A stretch of DNA of 64,000 nucleotides from Eledone cirrhosa (taxonomy: Eukaryota), in the NCBI GenBank assembly GCA_964016885.1, contig OZ024750.1, positions 3,286,001-3,350,000 on the forward strand, in the 5' to 3' direction. Below are positions 56,376-64,000 of this stretch, piece after piece. The translations under genes and the position numbers were made by a program. Position 1 is the first letter of the stretch. Each line of letters starts with the position of its first letter. The notes beneath the pieces were generated by a model. It saw only the letters and a program-made list of their open reading frames with translations. It was not told the DNA's origin and did not search any database.

Positions 56376-56577
56376 GTCAATTTAATGACAGTGAATCAAT
56401 ATTTAATTTTTTTTTATTCTCCAAATCTTAGAGTGTAAATCCACAACAATTATATAAAATCCTCAAAAGACATTAGGTAAAATATCATTGGTCTATAGGT
56501 GACCTATAGTGCAGGAACCTGCAACAGAAAGAAAATAGAAACACTTAAAATAAATCAAGCAAAGACAGAGTTTCAAT

Positions 56578-56742
56578 ATATACTTGAATATAAGCTGAGG
56601 AAGAAGGAGTCAACTTATATTCGAGGTCAATATTTTGATGATTTTCACCAGCTTCAAATTCTACTTAAACAAGGTTCGGAATTTTGCCCCTTTCTCAGAC
56701 ATGAAATAGTAAGGTCGGCTTATATTCAAGTATACTTGATAC
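56578..56742. mobile_element. Small DNA-transposon MITE
   Basis: Inverted ends TATACTTGAATATAAGCTGA / TCGGCTTATATTCAAGTATA. Related ends near 10587 and 10915. Confidence 0.6.
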
Positions 56743-56844
56743 AGTAGTTAATAGGTAAAATGAGTATTTACTACCACCAGGGAGATGGCTATGCTCAATA
56801 TGCAGGTAAGTATTAGGTAGAAACTCTGTACAGAGTAACAAATG

Positions 56845-59800
56845 TAAATAGTGAATGTACATGAGCTGTAGTGGGATCACAGTGATAGTACAAGAGCTGT
56901 AGTGGGATCATAGTGATATAAATAGTGAATGTACAAGAGCTGTAGTGGGATCACAGTGATATAAATAGTGAATGTACAAGAGCTGTAGTGGGATCACAGT
57001 GATATAAATAGTGAATGTACAAGAGCTGTAGTGGGATCACAGTGATATAAATAGTGAATGTACAAGAGGTGTAGTGGGATCACAGTGATATAAATAGTGA
57101 ATGTACAAGGGCTGTAGTGGGATCACAGTGATATAAATAGTGAATGTACAAGAGCTGTAGTGGGATCACAGTGATATAAATAGTGAATGTACAAGAGCTG
57201 AAGTGGGATCACAGTGATATAAATAGTGAATGTACAAGAGCTGTAGTGGGATCACAGTGATATAAATAGTGAATGTACAAGAGCTGAAGTGGGATCACAG
57301 TGATATAAATAGTGAATGTACAAGAGCTGAAGTGCGATCACAGTGATATAAATAGTGAATGTACAAGAGCTGAAGTGGGATCACAGTGATATAAATAGTG
57401 AATGTACAAGAGCTGTAGTGGGATCACAGTGATATAAATAGTGAATGTACAAGAGCTGTAGTGGGATCACAGTGATATAAATAGTGAATGTACAAGAGCT
57501 GTAGTGGGATCACAGTGATATAAATAGTGAATGTATAAGAGCTGAAGTGCGATCACAGTGATATAAATAGTGAATGTACAAGAGCTGAAGTGGGATCACA
57601 GTGATATAAATAGTGAATGTACAAGAGCTGTAGTGGGATCACAGTGATATAAATAGTGAATGTACAAGAGCTGAAGTGGGATCACAGTGATATAAATAGT
57701 GAATGTACAAGAGCTGAAGTGCGATCACAGTGATATAAATAGTGAATGTACAAGAGCTGAAGTGGGATCACAGTGATATAAATAGTGAATGTACAAGAGC
57801 TGAAGTGGGATCACAGTGATATAAATAGTGAATGTACAAGAGGTGTAGTGGGATCACAGTGATATAAATAGTGAATGTACAAGAGGTGTAGTGGGATCAC
57901 AGTGATATAAATAGTGAATGTACAAGGGCTGTAGTGGGATCACAGTGATATAAATAGTGAATGTACAAGAGCTGTAGTGGGATCACAGTGATATAAATAG
58001 TGAATGTACAAGAGCTGAAGTGGGATCACAGTGATATAAATAGTGAATGTACAAGAGCTGAAGTGGGATCACAGTGATATAAATAGTGAATGTACAAGAG
58101 CTGTAGTGGGATCACAGTGATATAAATAGTGAATGTACAAGAGCTGTAGTGGGATCACAGTGATATAAATAGTGAATGTACAAGAGCTGTAGTGGGATCA
58201 CAGTGATATAAATAGTGAATGTATAAGAGCTGAAGTGCGATCACAGTGATATAAATAGTGAATGTACAAGAGCTGAAGTGGGATCACAGTGATATAAATA
58301 GTGAATGTACAAGAGCTGAAGTGGGATCACAGTGATATAAATAGTGAATGTACAAGAGCTGAAGTGGGATCACAGTGATATAAATAGTGAATGTACAAGA
58401 GCTGAAGTGCGATCACAGTGATATAAATAGTGAATGTACAAGAGCTGAAGTGGGATCACAGTGATATAAATAGTGAATGTACAAGAGCTGAAGTGGGATC
58501 ACAGTGATATAAATAGTGAATGTACAAGAGGTGTAGTGGGATCACAGTGATATAAATAGTGAATGTACAAGAGGTGTAGTGGGATCACAGTGATATAAAT
58601 AGTGAATGTACAAGGGCTGTAGTGGGATCACAGTGATATAAATAGTGAATGTACAAGAGCTGTAGTGGGATCACAGTGATATAAATAGTGAATGTACAAG
58701 AGCTGAAGTGGGATCACAGTGATATAAATAGTGAATGTACAAGAGCTGAAGTGCGATCACAGTGATATAAATAGTGAATGTACAAGAGCTGAAGTGGGAT
58801 CACAGTGATATAAATAGTGAATGTACAAGAGCTGTAGTGGGATCATAGTGATATAAATAGTGAATGTACAAGAGCTGTAGTGGGATCACAGTGATAGTAC
58901 AAGAGCTGTAGTGGGATCATAGTGATATAAATAGTGAATGTACAAGAGCTGTAGTGGGATCATAGTGATATAAATAGTGAATGTACAAGAGCTGTAGTGG
59001 GATCACAGTGATATAAATAGTGAATGTACAAGAGCTGAAGTGGGATCACAGTGATATAAATAGTGAATGTACAAGGGCTGTAGTGGGATCACAGTGATAT
59101 AAATAGTGAATGTACAAGAGCTGTAGTGGGATCATAGTGATATAAATAGTGAATGTACAAGAGCTGTAGTGGGATCACAGTGATATAAATAGTGAATGTA
59201 CAAGAGCTGAAGTGGGATCACAGTGATATAAATAGTGAATGTACAAGAGCTGAAGTGGGATCACAGTGATATAAATAGTGAATGTACAAGAGCTGAAGTG
59301 GGATCACAGTGATATAAATAGTGAATGTACAAGAGCTGTAGTGGGATCACAGTGATATAAATAGTGAATGTACAAGAGCTGAAGTGGGATCACAGTGATA
59401 TAAATAGTGAATGTACAAGAGCTGAAGTGGGATCACAGTGATATAAATAGTGAATGTACAAGAGCTGAAGTGGGATCACAGTGATATAAATAGTGAATGT
59501 ACAAGAGCTGAAGTGGGATCACAGTGATATAAATAGTGAATGTACAAGAGCTGTAGTGGGATCATAGTGATATAAATAGTGAATGTACAAGAGCTGTAGT
59601 GGGATCACAGTGATATAAATAGTGAATGTACAAGAGCTGAAGTGGGATCACAGTGATATAAATAGTGAATGTACAAGAGCTGAAGTGGGATCACAGTGAT
59701 ATAAATAGTGAATGTACAAGAGCTGTAGTGGGATCATAGTGATATAAATAGTGAATGTACAAGAGCTGTAGTGGGATCACAGTGATATAAATAGTGAATG

Positions 59801-60999
59801 TACAAGAGCTGAAGTGGGATCACAGTGATATAAATAGTGAATGTACAAGAGCTGAAGTGGGATCACAGTGATATAAATAGTGAATGTACAAGAGCTGAAG
59901 TGGGATCACAGTGATATAAATAGTGAATGTACAAGAGCTGAAGTGGGATCACAGTGATATAAATAGTGAATGTACAAGAGCTGAAGTGGGATCACAGTGA
60001 TATAAATAGTGAATGTACAAGAGCTGAAGTGGGATCACAGTGATATAAATAGTGAATGTACAAGAGCTGAAGTGGGATCACAGTGATATAAATAGTGAAT
60101 GTACAAGAGCTGAAGTGGGATCACAGTGATATAAATAGTGAATGTACAAGAGCTGAAGTGGGATCACAGTGATATAAATAGTGAATGTACAAGAGCTGTA
60201 GTGGGATCACAGTGATATAAATAGTGAATGTACAAGAGCTGTAGTGGGATCACAGTGATATAAATAGTGAATGTACAAGAGCTGAAGTGGGATCACAGTG
60301 ATATAAATAGTGAATGTACAAGAGCTGAAGTGGGATCACAGTGATATAAATAGTGAATGTACAAGAGCTGAAGTGGGATCACAGTGATATAAATAGTGAA
60401 TGTACAAGAGCTGAAGTGGGATCACAGTGATATAAATAGTGAATGTACAAGAGCTGAAGTGGGATCATAGTGATATAAATAGTGAATGTACAAGAGCTGT
60501 AGTGGGATCACAGTGATATAAATAGTGAATGTACAAGAGCTGTAGTGGGATCACAGTGATATAAATAGTGAATGTACAAGGGCTGTAGTGGGATCATAGT
60601 GATATAAATAGTGAATGTACAAGAGCTGAAGTGGGATCACAGTGATATAAATAGTGAATGTACAAGAGCTGAAGTGGGATCATAGTGATATAAATAGTGA
60701 ATGTACAAGAGCTGTAGTGGGATCACAGTGATATAAATAGTGAATGTACAAGAGCTGAAGTGGGATCACAGTGATATAAATAGTGAATGTACAAGAGCTG
60801 AAGTGGGATCATAGTGATATAAATAGTGAATGTACAAGAGCTGTAGTGAGATCACAGTGATATAAATAGTGAATGTACAAGAGCTGTAGTGGGATCACAG
60901 TGATATAAATAGTGAATGTACAAGAGCTGTAGTGGGATCACAGTGATATAAATAGTGAATGTACAAGAGCTGTAGTGGGATCACAGTGATATAAATAGT
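56845..60999. repeat. 43-bp satellite array, about 96 copies
   Basis: AAATAGTGAATGTACAAGAGCTG(T/A)AGTGGGATCACAGTGATAT. Period measured at 56941 and 56984. Confidence 0.98.
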
Positions 61000-61432
61000 T
61001 GAGTCAATGACTGACAACCTTTCTAGAGCCACGAAGAATGTGCCAATACACCATATAAGTGAGGTGACTACAAGAAGGGCATCCTACTGTTGAAACAAAG
61101 ACCCGCTGAAAAAAAGGGCCAAGGCTGCAACAATCTCTCTAATATTGGTGATCTACATGATAAATGTAGCTGATACATGCTGTAAAGTTGTTGACGATAA
61201 GGAAAGGTATCCAACCATGGCAAACTAACGATCGGGAAGGCTCTCCTATTGTGTCAAAGACATGACAACCTTCTTACCCCTGGAGCCATGATTAAATGGC
61301 ACTCGGTGGAGCGAACAAATGTATCTAAACAATCTCCAGCCCAGCTGACATGCTAATAGCTCCCCCGCGACTATTAACCGGCCTGTGATAACAAGTCCAA
61401 CCCATGCTAATGGGGAAAACGATGATTATACA

Positions 61433-61495
<63 letters not shown>

Positions 61496-61837
61496 TTATA
61501 GGTGTGTATGTGTTGATACAGAGAAACACACATACACATATATATGCATTCATAAGTATACACACGTGTGTCTACATAGAGAGGCACGTATACACCTAGA
61601 TATATATATATATATATATATATATACGCACATACATCCATTCATATACACGCATGTACATTCATATATATATAACACACATACATATATACAAGCATAT
61701 GCATACACAAACGAACACACAGACATATATATACAAGCAGTTTATGCGTACATGTGTGTGTGTGTGCTTGCATGCATGTGTGTGTGTATGTGTGGTGTAC
61801 ATAACATCAGCACCTGTCAGATGAGTCGCTAATCAAA

Positions 61838-62074
<237 letters not shown>

Positions 62075-62149
62075 ACATTGCTGAAACAGAAGATTCGATT
62101 GAAAAGAGACGACAGTAGCGGTAGAGGTGACAATAATATATTCGATTAA

Positions 62150-62560
62150 ACTTACAAGTAAAACAGCTTTCAGCACAATACAGTGAAACCGAACAAAACA
62201 CAGCATTACTTTCTACATTATACTATATTATTATTAACTGATTAAGCTAAATAATTTACTATTTCAATTACCATTGTCTAGTCCTTTCATTTTTATTTTT
62301 AGGTTTTTTACCCAAATTCCTAGAAATATATCGGAAGGGCATTTCTGATAAAGATATCTTTTTTTTTTTTTCTTTCTTCACCTAATTTAGATCGAAGCAC
62401 TCGTCTTTTACATTGAACAAATCAATATCTAATTAACAAAGTTGCATCTGTAGTAAACCGAATAGTATATTGAAAGTGAGATAAAGTGGGGCGTGTTTAC
62501 TGGACCAAATCGGGAATGTTTTTTTACAAAGAAAGATATACACAACTCGCCGAGGTAAAC
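62150..62560. promoter_or_regulatory. Possible promoter and non-coding first exon of the minus-strand gene
   Basis: Unique sequence with more CpG than its surroundings, GC-box-like GGGGCGTG near 62487, and a minus-strand donor TT|GTAAGT at 62155 next to a (CT)n tract. Confidence 0.35.
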
Positions 62561-62816
62561 AAAAATATACAAAGCAACTTTATAGTAGCGAGTAATACAA
62601 TTTAAACACTACAATAAACATATAATCAATTGAAATACCAACTAAAGCAACTGTGTAATAGTAAATACAAGTACAATACCTAAATATATCGGAATCAGAA
62701 CAAAAACAAAAGTTCCATTCCAAATGTAGGTAAATTTCTAGAACGATCCACCACCACCACCACCTTCAGTGGGAAATTATTATTATTGTTTTGTTTTCGT
62801 TCCGTGTGCTCTTAAT

Positions 62817-63071
62817 TAAATTTATCTCCTAAATATACTGTAAAGGACTTTTTCTCCTTCGGAAAACGAAGGAGGAAGGGCGGCTGCGTGAGGGGACCCT
62901 CGGACCTTCCCCCGCTTCCCCCTGGAATTTCTTCCCCCCCCCCCCTAATTCTAACCCCGGAGGAAGGAGGAATAGTGATGTGATGAAAAGTCCGAAGGTC
63001 GCCCCCTCTCACCTTTCCCTGTTACGAGGGGAAGGGAAAAGTCCTTTGTAATATATTAGGAGGTAAGTTTA
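62817..63071 (+). other. Multi-helix structured element with GC-rich core (putative RNA structure)
   Basis: Closing stem 62817-62852 / 63037-63071, hairpins TCTCCTTCG-GAAAA-CGAAGGAGG and CCTTTCCCT-GTTACG-AGGGGAAGG, and an inner helix GTGAGGGG...CTCGGAC / GTCCGAAG...CCCCTCTCAC. Confidence 0.6.
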
Positions 63072-64000
63072 TTTGATAGCACAGGTAAAACAAAAATTGA
63101 TTTCCTCTTGGAATCGGTGGAGTGCCTCTATAAACATTTTTTCAATTTGAAAGCTCTTAATTTTATTTGGAACCTCACCAAATCGGGTTTAATTTCTAAA
63201 ATTAAAATTTTGAATTTTTTTTTTTTAATCAATGGGGGAAAACGAGATATTTGAATGCAATTTGTTGTCAGTTTTATTACTAATATTACATTCTACTTAA
63301 GATAATTAACACTGATATTCTACTTAAGATAATTAACACTTTAATTAAGCCTTGGAACTAAAGAGATAGTGACTATAACATTAGATAATTGTCTAAAGTT
63401 GTGCCACGATGGTTGCATTTCATCTTAGCTAGACATATGGTAACTTGTGTGTATATAAATTTCACTTGGTGTAGATTTCGTATATAAAGATGTATATTTT
63501 GTATATAAAGATGTTCATTTCACTAGATGTATATTTCGTGTATAAAGATGTATATTTCACTTGATGTAGATTTCGTGTATAAAAATATAAAAATGTACAT
63601 TTCACCTCGTGTAAAAAGTAAAATTTATCAAATAATAACAAACCAGCGAACAGATTAAATATTTACAAATATAATAAAGAGATGCAATTTAATAATATTA
63701 ATATTTTTTTAATTTTCATAGTGACAGCATCTATTTCTGATTGTACAGATTAATTTGAAAATAAACAATACTTTTGACTGAAAGATACAGAATAATTATT
63801 AATTATACCTTAATTATAACAGGTACATATAACTGGTCGATAACATTACAAAAGTATTTATAAAATCAACAAGTTAGTGTAGATTCTTGGTTTTATAATA
63901 TGAAACACTATAAAGATTATTTCACTGCAACCAGTATAGTTTTCCTTTCTGTTTATATTTTCATTCTGTAAGAATTATAAACAATTTTGTGATGTTATTA

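Noticed and set aside
56845-60999. Regular array as a CRISPR array
   Set aside because: Head-to-tail units without unique spacers.
62951-62957. CTAACCC as a telomerase RNA template
   Set aside because: Only 7 nt match the permuted TTAGGG complement, and I saw no pseudoknot or H/ACA domain. Not supportable without a covariance search.

Overview
AT-rich, repeat-dense eukaryotic genomic DNA. The SINE, MITE and microsatellite content resembles an octopus (coleoid cephalopod) genome; this is inferred from recognising the repeat families, not from a search. No long genuine CDS is present. Almost all ORFs in the track are read-throughs of micro- and minisatellites or LINE remnants. The window looks like the 5' introns of an unidentified minus-strand gene, with three short ATG-containing exons that all end in phase 1 (56375, 47430, 16379) and a probable promoter near 62.2-63.1 kb. 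Repeats include tRNA-derived Nin-type SINEs, SINEs with RTE-type tails, RTE LINE 3' fragments, a Penelope-like (PLE) GIY-YIG remnant, piggyBac-, Tc1/mariner- and hAT-type MITEs, and several minisatellites, including a 4.1-kb 43-bp array with a 16-mer higher-order duplication. Two signals stand out. First, short PLE-like terminal fragments sit in (TA)n tracts, carry minimal type-I hammerhead ribozymes (one apparently intact at 53625-53685), share a small 3' stem-loop motif, and form long fold-backs centred on or beside the ribozyme core. Second, a 255-nt multi-helix element at 62817-63071 has a GC-rich core and a G-U-rich closing stem that buries a perfect splice donor.
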